A stretch of DNA of 41,010 nt, from the NCBI GenBank assembly GCA_905371275.1, contig CAJPLH010000001.1, forward strand, positions 1 to 41,010, read 5' to 3'. Below the pieces are notes generated by a model. The model was not told where the DNA came from, searched no databases, and was given only the letters and a program-made list of their open reading frames with translations. The stretch is from Prevotellaceae bacterium. Lineage in GTDB: Bacteria; Bacteroidota; Bacteroidia; Bacteroidales; Bacteroidaceae. Shown in pieces: positions 1 to 10,224 of the stretch (its first letter is position 1; the number at the start of each line of letters is the position of its first letter). The translations under genes and the position numbers were made by a program.

Positions 1-657
1 GGGTTGTTTCCAGGTTCTCAAGCTCGTTTCTTCCCAAGAGAGATGGAAGAAGAACGTCGACTCTTCTATGTGGCTGTGACCCGCGCCAAACGTTTCTGCT
101 TTTTGTCTTACGCACAAAGCCGCTTCCGCTATGGGCAGTTTGAAATCTCTGATCCAAGTCCTTTCATTGCTGAAATCAATCAGAAATTCATTCAAGAAGA
201 ACAAGTCGGTTTTGCACACAATAATTCAATACCAAGTGCTCTGCGTGAAGCCTTGATGGATGACGATTGGGAAACAGCAAGTGTACTCCCAAGCACCAGA
301 ATCGCTGGAAGTGCCATCTACACCAAACCCACCAAACGGCAAACGCAAGACGTAGCTTCAGGTAAACCCCTGAAAGCGTCAGCAACTCACGTCAGTCGCT
401 CCTCTGCATCGTCTTCTGATTATGCCTCAACGCTAAAACCCATACGCAAGGCACAATCAAAATCCTCAAATGCAGCACAAAAAGCAGCCATCAACGCACT
501 GTCCGTAGGAAGCAACATTGAACACGAACGGTTTGGAAAAGGCACAATCGTTAGCATAGAAGGTTCGGGCGAGAACGCAAAAGCCGAAGTAGACTTCCAA
601 GCGGTGGGACGCAAAAAACTTTTACTCAAGTTTGCTCTTTTCAAAATCCTTGATTAG
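1..657 (+). CDS. uvrD: UvrD/PcrA-family DNA helicase, C-terminal part (5' end outside window)
   Basis: Motif VI 'EEERRLFYVAVTRAK'; C-terminal Tudor-like domain 'HERFGKGTIVSIEGSGENAKAEVDFQAVGRKKLLLKFA'. Confidence 0.9.
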   Translation, partial: GLFPGSQARFFPREMEEERRLFYVAVTRAKRFCFLSYAQSRFRYGQFEISDPSPFIAEINQKFIQEEQVGFAHNNSIPSALREALMDDDWETASVLPSTRIAGSAIYTKPTKRQTQDVASGKPLKASATHVSRSSASSSDYASTLKPIRKAQSKSSNAAQKAAINALSVGSNIEHERFGKGTIVSIEGSGENAKAEVDFQAVGRKKLLLKFALFKILD

Positions 658-711
658 TTACGCAACCATCAAGCAAACGAGCCAACTTGTCAAAACAATG
701 AACATATCTAT

Positions 712-3207
712 ATGAGTAAAGATAGCACCAATCAAAGCAACTTTTCAGTCATCGCCGATTTTGATGGCAACATCAAAGATTTATTCAACATTAAAGTAGA
801 AGGAACACTGCCAGTGCTCCCTCTGCGCAATCTCGTAATCTTTCCTGGTGTCGTCACTTCTGTGATGGTTGGGCGAGAAAGTTCTTTAGAATTGATTCGC
901 TATATTGAAAAACGTGGTGATGATGCCTTTATTGCAGTGTCTTGTCAAGTAGATGCTGCGATTGACCATCCCACGATGGCCGATATTTTTCCCACAGGAA
1001 TACTTGCCAAAGTGTTGCGCGTGGTTGAAATGCCCAATCAAACTCCTACTGCTATCATTCAAGCCTTTGGTAGAATCAGTCTGTCTCCAGAACCCACGCG
1101 AATCAATCCTTTTATTCGCACTCACGTGACTCCCCTTGAGGACGTTTTCCCAGAAGACAACGACAAGGAGTTCCAAGCTCTTTTTGACACGTTTAAAGAG
1201 GCGACATTCAAATATATCAAACTCAATGAGAGGTTGGGAATGGAAGCCTTTATGGCAATAAAGAACATCTCAAACCCGATTTTCTTTATCAATTTTGTTG
1301 CCACAAATCTTCCTTTCGACACTGAAGAAAAGGCTTTGCTGCTGGAAGAAGGCGATATGATGCGTCGCACTTTTGCTTTATTGCACATCTTGCAGCGTGA
1401 ACTTCAATTTCTAGAATTGAAGCAGACCATCAGTGAGCGTACGAACAAAGAACTCGAACAGCAACAGAAAGAGTTTTATTTGCAGCAACAGATAAAAAAC
1501 TTCCAAAAGGAACTTGGAAATGCAGAAGGAAATGACGCTGAAGAATTTCGTCGTAAGGCATTAGATATAGATCTCCCTCAAAATGTAAAGAAGATTTTTG
1601 AGAAGGAAGTGACCAAACTAGATAGGATGAACCCATCAGTGCCCGATTACAGCGTGGTTTACAACTATATTGACACAATTCTGTCTTTGCCCTGGGGAAA
1701 AAACACCATCGACAATTTGGATTTGCAGCGTGCTCAGAAAGTACTCGACCACGACCACTTCGGTATGGAACAAGTGAAGGAGAGAATACTTGAGCACTTG
1801 GCTATAATGAAAGTGAGTCAAAAGCAACCAGCCACGATTCTCTGTCTTTATGGCCCTCCAGGGGTAGGAAAAACTTCTCTCTGTCGCAGTATTGCAGAAA
1901 GTTTGGGACGCAAATATCAACGCATCTCCCTCGGTGGTGTGCACGACGAAAGTGAAATCCGTGGTCATCGTCGCACGTATATTGCAGCCATGTGTGGACG
2001 CATCATCAAAAGCATCATCAAAGCAGAAAGTAACAATCCCTTGTTGGTGCTCGATGAAATAGACAAAGTGGGAGGACGCACACATCACGGTGATCCGCAG
2101 GCGGCTTTATTGGAACTTCTCGATCCTGAGCAAAACAATACGTTCCACGACAATTTCCTTGACTTCGACTACGATTTGAGCAATGTGTTCTTCATTGCAA
2201 CAGCCAATAATCTCACAGGAATTCCTGCTCCTCTGCGTGATCGTATGGAACTCATCAACGTGGAAGGCTATCTCACGGAAGAAAAGAAAGAAATTGCCAG
2301 AAAGCACCTCTTTCCACAAGCACTTTCTACTTTGAACTTGCCTTTCAAACTGAAAATGTCGTCAGCTGCAACAGAGTTTCTCATAGAGAAATATACGCGC
2401 GAGAGCGGAGTGCGCCAATTAGAGAAACAAATCGCCAAACTTGTTCGCAAACAGGTGTTGAAATATCAAACATCTGATGAAAGTGCGCAACAAAAAATGG
2501 CTAGTATTACTTTGAAGCCATCCGATGTGCAAGAGATTATGGGTACTCCACCCTATGACCGCGACAAATATCAAGGCAATGATTTTGCAGGAGTTGTCAA
2601 TGGGCTTGCTTGGACAGCAGTCGGCGGTGAGATGCTCTTCATAGAATGCGCTGTCAATCGCACAAAAAACGCGCGGCTCACAATTACCGGTAATTTAGGA
2701 GATGTGATGAAAGAAAGCGCACTTTTGGCTATGCAATATGTAAAAGGACATCTCCACGAATTGGGTGTAGATTACCGCGTTTTTGAATACTGGAATCTCC
2801 ATCTCCACTTTCCCGAAGGCGCAGTTCCCAAAGATGGGCCATCTGCGGGCATCACCATCGCCACTTCATTGGCTTCCGCCCTTACCCAGCGGAAAGTTCG
2901 CCCACGTTTGGCTATGACAGGCGAGATTACTCTCCGCGGTAAAGTGCTTCCTGTGGGAGGAATCAAAGAAAAAATTCTTGCCGCAAAACGCGCGGGTATC
3001 ACCGACATTATTCTTTCTCGCGACAATGAGAAGAACATTCAAGATATTCCCGAACGCTATGTGAAAGGCCTGACCTTCCACTTTGTCTCTACCGTGAGAG
3101 AAGTGTGGAAAATTGCTCTCCTTGATGAGAAAGTGGCCAATGCCATAGATTTAACTATTCCATCTTCCAAGAAAAAGAATTCCGACAATGACAAAGATAA
3201 CTCCTAG
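712..3207 (+). CDS. lon: ATP-dependent Lon protease
   Basis: LON N-domain '[14 protein letters not shown]', Walker A 'GPPGVGKTS', catalytic 'PKDGPSAG', '[10 protein letters not shown]'. Confidence 0.98.
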   Translation: MSKDSTNQSNFSVIADFDGNIKDLFNIKVEGTLPVLPLRNLVIFPGVVTSVMVGRESSLELIRYIEKRGDDAFIAVSCQVDAAIDHPTMADIFPTGILAKVLRVVEMPNQTPTAIIQAFGRISLSPEPTRINPFIRTHVTPLEDVFPEDNDKEFQALFDTFKEATFKYIKLNERLGMEAFMAIKNISNPIFFINFVATNLPFDTEEKALLLEEGDMMRRTFALLHILQRELQFLELKQTISERTNKELEQQQKEFYLQQQIKNFQKELGNAEGNDAEEFRRKALDIDLPQNVKKIFEKEVTKLDRMNPSVPDYSVVYNYIDTILSLPWGKNTIDNLDLQRAQKVLDHDHFGMEQVKERILEHLAIMKVSQKQPATILCLYGPPGVGKTSLCRSIAESLGRKYQRISLGGVHDESEIRGHRRTYIAAMCGRIIKSIIKAESNNPLLVLDEIDKVGGRTHHGDPQAALLELLDPEQNNTFHDNFLDFDYDLSNVFFIATANNLTGIPAPLRDRMELINVEGYLTEEKKEIARKHLFPQALSTLNLPFKLKMSSAATEFLIEKYTRESGVRQLEKQIAKLVRKQVLKYQTSDESAQQKMASITLKPSDVQEIMGTPPYDRDKYQGNDFAGVVNGLAWTAVGGEMLFIECAVNRTKNARLTITGNLGDVMKESALLAMQYVKGHLHELGVDYRVFEYWNLHLHFPEGAVPKDGPSAGITIATSLASALTQRKVRPRLAMTGEITLRGKVLPVGGIKEKILAAKRAGITDIILSRDNEKNIQDIPERYVKGLTFHFVSTVREVWKIALLDEKVANAIDLTIPSSKKKNSDNDKDNS

Positions 3208-4366
3208 CCTCCGACCAACGTGGCGTAAAGGCGAACCACTCTTTCAACTGCAACACACGGACGCAGGAAGTGCAGCACGTGCAGGACGCATCACCACTGA
3301 CCACGGCACCATAGAGACGCCAATCTTTATGCCAGTGGGCACACTTGGTACAGTAAAAGGGCTACACACACACGAGATACTCGATGAAGTAAAAGCGCAA
3401 ATCATTCTCGGCAACACCTATCACCTTTACCTTCGTCCTGGCCTTGAAGTGCTTGAAGCCGCAGGCGGTTTGCACAAATTCAATGGCTTTCATAAGCCAA
3501 TGCTCACCGACAGTGGAGGTTTCCAAGTCTTTTCTCTCACGGGTATCCGCAAATTGAGCGAAAACGGTTGCGAATTTCGCAGTCACGTTGATGGCTCAAA
3601 GCATCTGTTTACCCCTGAGAGTGTGATGGACATTGAACGCATCATTGGTGCTGACATTATGATGGCTTTCGACGAATGCCCTCCTGGTACGGCTGACTTT
3701 GGCTATGCGCGACAAAGCCTTGATTTAACACACCGCTGGCTCGACCGCTGCATCAAGCGCTTTTCAGAAACAGAGGATAAATACGGTCACCACCAAGCTC
3801 TCTTTCCCATTGTCCAAGGTTGCGTTTATCCAGAACTACGTCGCGAAAGTGCGCAGTTTATGGCAGAACGCGATGCCGAAGGTTATGCCATTGGTGGTCT
3901 AGCTGTGGGTGAACCTGCTGAGAAAATGTATGAAATGATTGAAGTGGTGAACGAAATACTCCCCACCGACCGTCCTCGCTATCTTATGGGAGTAGGCACT
4001 CCAATGAATATCCTCGAAGGTATCGAACGTGGTGTAGATATGTTTGACTGCGTGATGCCTACTCGCAACGGACGCAATGGACAGATATTCACTTGGAATG
4101 GTATCATCAATTTCAGAAATGCAAAATGGGCAAAGGACTTCTCTCCCGTTGACCCTCTTGGCACTGCACATTGCGACCATGCTTACACGAAAGCTTATTT
4201 GCATCATCTCTTTAAGTGCAAAGAACTCCTAGCACTTCAAATAGCATCGATTCATAATTTGGCTTTCTATCTCGAATTAGTGCGTGTAGCACGCGAACAC
4301 ATCTTAGCCAACGACTTTGCTGAATGGAAACGAAACATCCTTCCACAGTTGGCTCACAGACTCTAA
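3188..4366 (+). CDS. tgt: tRNA-guanine(34) transglycosylase
   Basis: 'TPIFMPVGT', 'LGNTYHL', 'TDSGGFQVFSL', 'DMFDCVMPTRNGRNG'; start overlaps the lon 3' end. Confidence 0.97.
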   Translation: MTKITPSLRPTWRKGEPLFQLQHTDAGSAARAGRITTDHGTIETPIFMPVGTLGTVKGLHTHEILDEVKAQIILGNTYHLYLRPGLEVLEAAGGLHKFNGFHKPMLTDSGGFQVFSLTGIRKLSENGCEFRSHVDGSKHLFTPESVMDIERIIGADIMMAFDECPPGTADFGYARQSLDLTHRWLDRCIKRFSETEDKYGHHQALFPIVQGCVYPELRRESAQFMAERDAEGYAIGGLAVGEPAEKMYEMIEVVNEILPTDRPRYLMGVGTPMNILEGIERGVDMFDCVMPTRNGRNGQIFTWNGIINFRNAKWAKDFSPVDPLGTAHCDHAYTKAYLHHLFKCKELLALQIASIHNLAFYLELVRVAREHILANDFAEWKRNILPQLAHRL

Positions 4367-4379
4367 CTCCACATCACTT

Positions 4380-5876
4380 ATGGATTTCAAGGATAACGAT
4401 GGAGAATTGACTGAACACTTATCTCAACCATTTGACGCTTCACCTTCTCCTCTCGAGAAGGAGGAAAATACAAGGAGTATTTCGACTGAGATAAACGACA
4501 CAGTAACAGACAATTCCGAATTTTCTTTTGATGCACCACAAGAAGAGTTTTCTTTTCCTCTGTTAGAGGAAGAAACTACAGAAGAAGACGCGACATCATT
4601 GACGGATGAGGCAGAAATGTCTCCTCCGCCTGCAGTGTCGCGCACTGCGTCTAAGAAGAAATGGCTAAAATGGTTGCGGTGGTTCTTCTTTTCTCCTTGG
4701 TATCTCCTCAAGGGACTATGGTGGTTGATCAGGAATTTCTTCAAAGGATTGTCTTGGTGCTTTCGCGGAGCGTTGCGCTTAATTGGCTTTCGCAGAATTG
4801 ATCGCTACATACTCAACAAATATCTTAGCACCTACTTTTTTCTATTGGTGCTGATCATCACCATCGCCATTATATTTGACTTCAATGAAAACATCGACAA
4901 GATAACCAATGGTGGAGCGAAATGGACGGAGATTCTCTTCGACTATTATGCCAACTTTGCGCCTTATTTTGCCAATATGTTCTCTCCGTTGTTCGTCTTT
5001 ATTGCGGTAATATTCTTCACCACTAACCTAGCGAACCATTCGGAAATCATCGCTATGAAGTCCACTGGAATGAGTTTCCGGAGATTACTTCGCCCTTATA
5101 TGTTTGGTGCAAGTTTCATCGCCATCATCACATTCGCTCTCGGGGCTTATGTCATTCCGAAAGGGAATATTGCGCGTGTGAACTTTTCCAATAAATATAT
5201 TAAGAAACAGTTGGTCATTGATGAAGCTGACAATGTGCAGATGCAAGTAGATACTGGTGTGGTGGCATATATCTCACATTTCGACAACCGCACCAAATCG
5301 GGTTCAGGTTTTTCTCTTGACAAATTCTCAGAGAAAAAATTAGTATCACGCCTTACTGCGCAAAGCATTCAATATGATACTCTGGCCGATCACAAATACT
5401 CGTGGACACTCCACGGCTATATGATTCGCACACTCACAGGCACTAAGGAGAAAATCAAATCTGGCGACAAACTTGACACCACGATTGTGATGGAGCCCAA
5501 AGATTTCTTCTTTATTCGCGGACAACAAGAAACAATGACAGTGCCTGAACTTAATGCTTTTATCGACCGACAACGATTACGCGGAGCTGCGGGATTAAGC
5601 ACTTTTGAAGTGGAATATCACAAACGCTTTGCTTCTCCTTTCGCGGCCTTCATCCTCACCTTGATTGGTGCTTCTATCTCTGTACAAAAACGCAAAGGAG
5701 GGATGGGTACCAGCATTGGACTCGGACTTGCGCTCACTTTCACCTACATTTTGTTGCAAACCATTTCATCGTCCTTTGCCACCAATGCTGGTATGGTTGC
5801 ATGGTTGTCCGTTTGGCTCCCCAACATAATTTACTCAGTTATTGCTTTGTGGTTCTATCGCCGCACTCCGCAATAA
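4380..5876 (+). CDS. LptF/LptG-family LPS export permease with a long N-terminal extension
   Basis: 'IDRYILNKYL', 'SEIIAMKSTGMSFRRLLRPY', 'EYHKRFA', 'WLPNIIY'; three N-terminal and three C-terminal TM segments. Start placed at the first in-frame ATG after the tgt stop. Confidence 0.9.
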   Translation: MDFKDNDGELTEHLSQPFDASPSPLEKEENTRSISTEINDTVTDNSEFSFDAPQEEFSFPLLEEETTEEDATSLTDEAEMSPPPAVSRTASKKKWLKWLRWFFFSPWYLLKGLWWLIRNFFKGLSWCFRGALRLIGFRRIDRYILNKYLSTYFFLLVLIITIAIIFDFNENIDKITNGGAKWTEILFDYYANFAPYFANMFSPLFVFIAVIFFTTNLANHSEIIAMKSTGMSFRRLLRPYMFGASFIAIITFALGAYVIPKGNIARVNFSNKYIKKQLVIDEADNVQMQVDTGVVAYISHFDNRTKSGSGFSLDKFSEKKLVSRLTAQSIQYDTLADHKYSWTLHGYMIRTLTGTKEKIKSGDKLDTTIVMEPKDFFFIRGQQETMTVPELNAFIDRQRLRGAAGLSTFEVEYHKRFASPFAAFILTLIGASISVQKRKGGMGTSIGLGLALTFTYILLQTISSSFATNAGMVAWLSVWLPNIIYSVIALWFYRRTPQ

Positions 5877-5921
5877 GTTTTTACGCGCTATTTGCGTACA
5901 CTCCTAGATAGAAACAAGATA

Positions 5922-7559
5922 ATGATAAACGATACAATGACCTCTAAAGAGGACAAGATAATTTTTGACTCTGCACAAACAGTGGCACCCACAGCCAACT
6001 CTCCCTACCCTTCTGCTGAAGTTATTCCACTAGATGCCACTTTGGACGAAACGGAAGAAATTGCGTCAACTGTTAAGCTCGACGAATCTCAAAATCAAAT
6101 AGAAACGCCAAACAATAAGACCGAAGAAGAAAAGGTAGCTCCTGAGGTGGCTCCCGAACCAACGGTATATTTTGAAGATTTGGCATTGAGCGATGACGTA
6201 CTTGACGCGCTTTGGGATATGCGCTTTGAAAAATGTACTCCTGTACAAGCCAAATGTATTCCGCACATTCTCGAAGGGAAAGATATGATAGGCATTGCGC
6301 AAACAGGAACAGGCAAAACAGCAGCCTTTTTATTGCCGATGCTCACGCTCCTTCACAAACATCCTCACCCCGCTGACGCCGTAAATTGTTTGATTCTCTC
6401 ACCGACTCGCGAACTAGCTCAACAAATAGACCAGGCTCTCCAAGGCTTTGCCTACTACACCAAAACGAATAGCGTAGCAGTCTATGGCGGAAACGATGGC
6501 ATCAGATTTGAGCAAGAACGCAAAGCCTTTTCTCAAGGAGCAGATATTATTGTAGCCACACCAGGTCGCCTCATCTCTCATCTTCAGTTGGGAAATCTCG
6601 ACCTTTCACGCACCACACACATCATTCTCGACGAAGCAGACCGTATGCTCGATATGGGATTTTTTGATGACATCAAAACCATATTGAAACAACTTCCAGA
6701 GAATAAGCAGACTATTCTTTTCTCTGCTACTATGCCTCCCGAAATTGCTAAAATGGCACGCGAGATGATGCACAAACCAGTGGAAGTAAAGATTGCCGTA
6801 TCCAAACCTGCAGAGAAAATTGATCAGAGTGTGTATATCTGTCGTGACAATGACAAGACGCCTATCTTGAAACACATCTTCACCGAACAGCCCCCTGAAC
6901 GTGTGATTGTCTTTGTTTCCTCCAAACAACGTGTGAAGGAACTCAATGTTATATTAAAGCGCAAAGGATATAATTGTGCAGCAATGCACTCTGACTTAGA
7001 TCAAAGTGAGCGCGATGTCGTTATGTTGGGTTTCAAACAGCGTAACATAGATATGCTCATCGCGACCGACATTGTGAGCCGTGGCATTGACATCGACGAC
7101 ATTCAAATGGTCATCAACTACGATGCACCACGCGATCCCGAAGACTACGTACACCGCATTGGACGAACTGCACGCGCAGGCCGAGAAGGTCGCGCCATCA
7201 CTCTCATTGGAGAGAAAGATCGCTATCCGCTCTCAAAGATTGAGAAACTTCTGGAGAAGAAAATCACCCGAAATCCTCTTCCTGAAGGTTGTTTACCCCC
7301 TGAAGAACCCGCGAAAAACGAAGTTAAACGTAGACCTTCTCGTGGAGGAAAAGGAGGTTATCACCATCGCGGTGAAAAACAACGCAACGGACATTCTGAA
7401 AAATCGAACAAAAGCGGTAGTTCTTCTTCTAAAAATGGGGCTCAAAACCAACAAGGTCAAACGAAGACGAACGGACAAAACAATAAATCTCAGCATCATC
7501 ACCGTCGCCCCAAACATAACAACCCCAATACTGGTACCCCAACGACACCACAAGTATAA
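5922..7559 (+). CDS. DEAD-box RNA helicase (RhlE/DeaD-like)
   Basis: 'AQTGTGKT', 'PTRELAQQI', 'DEADRMLDMGF', 'FSAT', 'HRIGRTARAG'. Start is ATG 5922 or 5937. Confidence 0.95.
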   Translation: MINDTMTSKEDKIIFDSAQTVAPTANSPYPSAEVIPLDATLDETEEIASTVKLDESQNQIETPNNKTEEEKVAPEVAPEPTVYFEDLALSDDVLDALWDMRFEKCTPVQAKCIPHILEGKDMIGIAQTGTGKTAAFLLPMLTLLHKHPHPADAVNCLILSPTRELAQQIDQALQGFAYYTKTNSVAVYGGNDGIRFEQERKAFSQGADIIVATPGRLISHLQLGNLDLSRTTHIILDEADRMLDMGFFDDIKTILKQLPENKQTILFSATMPPEIAKMAREMMHKPVEVKIAVSKPAEKIDQSVYICRDNDKTPILKHIFTEQPPERVIVFVSSKQRVKELNVILKRKGYNCAAMHSDLDQSERDVVMLGFKQRNIDMLIATDIVSRGIDIDDIQMVINYDAPRDPEDYVHRIGRTARAGREGRAITLIGEKDRYPLSKIEKLLEKKITRNPLPEGCLPPEEPAKNEVKRRPSRGGKGGYHHRGEKQRNGHSEKSNKSGSSSSKNGAQNQQGQTKTNGQNNKSQHHHRRPKHNNPNTGTPTTPQV

Positions 7560-8179
7560 TGGAACAAATACTCCACTATTTTCCCGCACTTACCGAAAAG
7601 CAAAAGGAACAATTTGCTGCGCTCGATGCTTTATATCGCGATTGGAACGCTAAAATCAATGTGATTTCTCGCAAGGACATCGACAATCTCTACGAACATC
7701 ACATTCTTCATTCACTAGGCATCGCCAAAGTCATTCGTTTCCGTCCTGGTTCATCAATTCTCGACATTGGCACAGGCGGAGGATTCCCTGGTATCCCTCT
7801 CGCCATTCTCTTTCCTGAAGTCAAATTTCATCTTCTCGATTCCATTGGCAAAAAAGTTAAGGTTGCACAAGCCGTAGCCGAAGCCATTGGTTTGGAAAAC
7901 GTGCGCTGCTCCCACCGCAATGTTATGGAAGACAAGGAAAAATATGATTTCGTAGTCAGCCGTGCGGTAATGCAAATGAGCGACTTGGTGAAATTGATTC
8001 GTAAAAATGTGCACCACGAACAGAAAAACTCTCTCCCCAATGGCGTTATTTGCCTTAAAGGAGGAGATATTCAAAGTGAAATGCGCCCTTTCAAACATTG
8101 CTGCGAAGTATGGCCGCTTTCCACTTATTTTGAAGAAGAGTTTTTTGAAACCAAGAAAGTTGCATACGTCTCTCTATAA
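7559..8179 (+). CDS. rsmG: 16S rRNA m7G527 methyltransferase
   Basis: 'WNAKINVISR', 'HILHSL', 'LDIGTGGGFPGIPLAI', 'VVSRAV'; TAATG stop/start coupling to the helicase. Confidence 0.97.
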   Translation: MEQILHYFPALTEKQKEQFAALDALYRDWNAKINVISRKDIDNLYEHHILHSLGIAKVIRFRPGSSILDIGTGGGFPGIPLAILFPEVKFHLLDSIGKKVKVAQAVAEAIGLENVRCSHRNVMEDKEKYDFVVSRAVMQMSDLVKLIRKNVHHEQKNSLPNGVICLKGGDIQSEMRPFKHCCEVWPLSTYFEEEFFETKKVAYVSL

Positions 8180-8199
8180 TCCCTTCAAAGATTCTTGCT

Positions 8200-8847
8200 A
8201 TGTTGACAATCAAGAGTTTTTTTATGCAAATGATGGGAGAAAACACCTATCTTGTCTATGATGAGGAGAATAATGCGGTACTCATCGATTGTGGTGCGCT
8301 TCATTCCGAAGAACATCAAGCCATTGCCGACTATATTTCCTCTCACGGTTTGCACCTTTCACAGGCTTGGCTCACCCACGGACATTTCGATCATATCTTC
8401 GGTTGCCAATGGGTGTTTGAAAAATTCGGCATTTCCCCATTGCTTCATCCTGCCGATGAGCACCGTTACACTCACGCAGGTGAAGAACTCCAATTATTCT
8501 TGCATCAACGTGTTGAAATCCCTGTGCCACCTCTCGAAGGTTTCTTGACAGATGGTCAGACTTTGCAGCTCGGGAAACACGAATTTGAGGTGATTCACAC
8601 CCCAGGACACACTCCTGGTGGCGTTTGTTTCTATTGCGCTACTGAGCAACTTCTCTTTTCAGGCGATAGCTTATTTGCCGGCAGCATCGGTCGTTGCGAT
8701 TTGCCAGAAGGCGATATGGACACTCTCCTCAACTCCATCACCACGCGCCTAATGGTATTACCTGATGAAGTACAAGTCTATCCTGGACACGGCGAGAGCA
8801 CTTCCATTGGTCGTGAGCGCGACACAAATCCTTATTTAGTTCACTAA
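8200..8847 (+). CDS. MBL-fold metallo-hydrolase (glyoxalase II/YcbL-like)
   Basis: 'THGHFDH', 'HTPGHTPGG', 'FSGDSLF', 'YPGHG'. Confidence 0.92.
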   Translation: MLTIKSFFMQMMGENTYLVYDEENNAVLIDCGALHSEEHQAIADYISSHGLHLSQAWLTHGHFDHIFGCQWVFEKFGISPLLHPADEHRYTHAGEELQLFLHQRVEIPVPPLEGFLTDGQTLQLGKHEFEVIHTPGHTPGGVCFYCATEQLLFSGDSLFAGSIGRCDLPEGDMDTLLNSITTRLMVLPDEVQVYPGHGESTSIGRERDTNPYLVH

Positions 8848-8858
8848 TATCTTGGCTT

Positions 8859-10136
8859 ATGCGTTTTCTTAGTTCCTTTCTGATTCTAGGATTTTTTGCA
8901 ACAGTAGGCACTGCGCAAGCCCAACACCGCAAATCCTCTACACGAAATTCTGCAAAAACTCCAAGTGCTGTGGTAAAAGCTTCACCCAATGTCCACAGTT
9001 TGATTGAGCAATACGATTGGGCTAGGGCAATTTCCGCCTTACAATCATTAGTCAATAGCGCAAAAGAAACTACAACCAAAGATTCGCTTGAAGTTTTATT
9101 GCGCAATGCAAGACGCGCAGAAGAAATGATGGCTTCTACACAACAGATTGTGTTCATCGATAGTGTTGTCGTTGAAAAGTCTCAACTACTTTCTGCCTTA
9201 AAACTAAGTGAAGATGCGGGACAACTTCTACCAACGAGTCAAGTTTTCCCCAAGAAAAGCAACTCTCCACTTTGGTCTGCTGTTTCTTTTATCAATCCTT
9301 TAGCAAGTACAGCCATTTTTGCAGCACCGAGCAATAACGCACAACGCTTGCAAGCTGTCTTTCGTGCAGGAAATGGTTGGACAACAGCGTCTCTTTTAGC
9401 CGGAATTGATAGTCTGTTTGTCAAACCTGACTATCCTTTTCTCCTATCCGATGGCACAACGCTCTATTTCTCTGCACAGGGCACAGAATCCATTGGCGGA
9501 ACAGACATTTTTGTCACGAGATATAACCCAGAAACACGCCAATACGTCAAACCGACCAACGTAGGAATGCCTTTCAACTCGCCAGCCAACGAATATCTCT
9601 ATGCAGTAGACCCTAGTACAGGAATTGGAGTTTTAGCTTCCGATCGACGTCAACCCAAAGGAAAAGTCTGCATATACTCTTTTATTGTGCCCTCAGAACG
9701 AAAAGATTACGATGCAGAATCGATTTCCATCGAAACTTTGCGAAACCGTGCAAAAATAGCAAGTGTTTCTGCCACTCAACAAGGGCAAAGTGGAGTCATA
9801 AAATCGGCTGCAAAACGCAAGTCTAAACAGAGCACAGCCAAAGCACAAACACCTGTTCCTTTGTTTCGCTTTGTGGTGAGCGATCATCAAGTGTGCCATT
9901 CCGAAGCTGATTTCAAACAACCTGAAGCACGAGTACTAGTGAAGCAATGGTTGAACCTCTTTCAACAAAAACAAGCACTGCAACAACAAGGCGATGCTGC
10001 CGAACTCCAATATGCACGCCAACGCACTGCAGAAAATCGCAATCATTTGGCTATAACAATGCAAAAATTTACTGAAGTAAGCCAGCAAGAAAAAGAACTT
10101 GCGCATAAAATCAGAAGCTTAGAATTGACACGATAA
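8859..10136 (+). CDS. Exported hypothetical protein with PD40/WD40-like propeller repeats and helical ends
   Basis: Sec signal peptide (..TAQA); 'YPFLLSDGTTLYFSA..SIGGTDIFVTRY' and 'NVGMPFNSPANEY' resemble PD40 blades; Q-rich coiled-coil C-terminus. Confidence 0.7.
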   Translation: MRFLSSFLILGFFATVGTAQAQHRKSSTRNSAKTPSAVVKASPNVHSLIEQYDWARAISALQSLVNSAKETTTKDSLEVLLRNARRAEEMMASTQQIVFIDSVVVEKSQLLSALKLSEDAGQLLPTSQVFPKKSNSPLWSAVSFINPLASTAIFAAPSNNAQRLQAVFRAGNGWTTASLLAGIDSLFVKPDYPFLLSDGTTLYFSAQGTESIGGTDIFVTRYNPETRQYVKPTNVGMPFNSPANEYLYAVDPSTGIGVLASDRRQPKGKVCIYSFIVPSERKDYDAESISIETLRNRAKIASVSATQQGQSGVIKSAAKRKSKQSTAKAQTPVPLFRFVVSDHQVCHSEADFKQPEARVLVKQWLNLFQQKQALQQQGDAAELQYARQRTAENRNHLAITMQKFTEVSQQEKELAHKIRSLELTR

Positions 10137-10224
10137 GCCATTGGCCAAACCTCTAAAGCCATTGTTGTCACAAGCAACACAAAGGCTACACAACATCCTA
10201 TAACATCTATAAAACCGTTTCACC

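Noticed and set aside
7081..7653. 190-aa alternate-frame ORF and other overlapping or antisense ORFs in the track
   Set aside because: Fully overlap well-supported genes and have no motifs.
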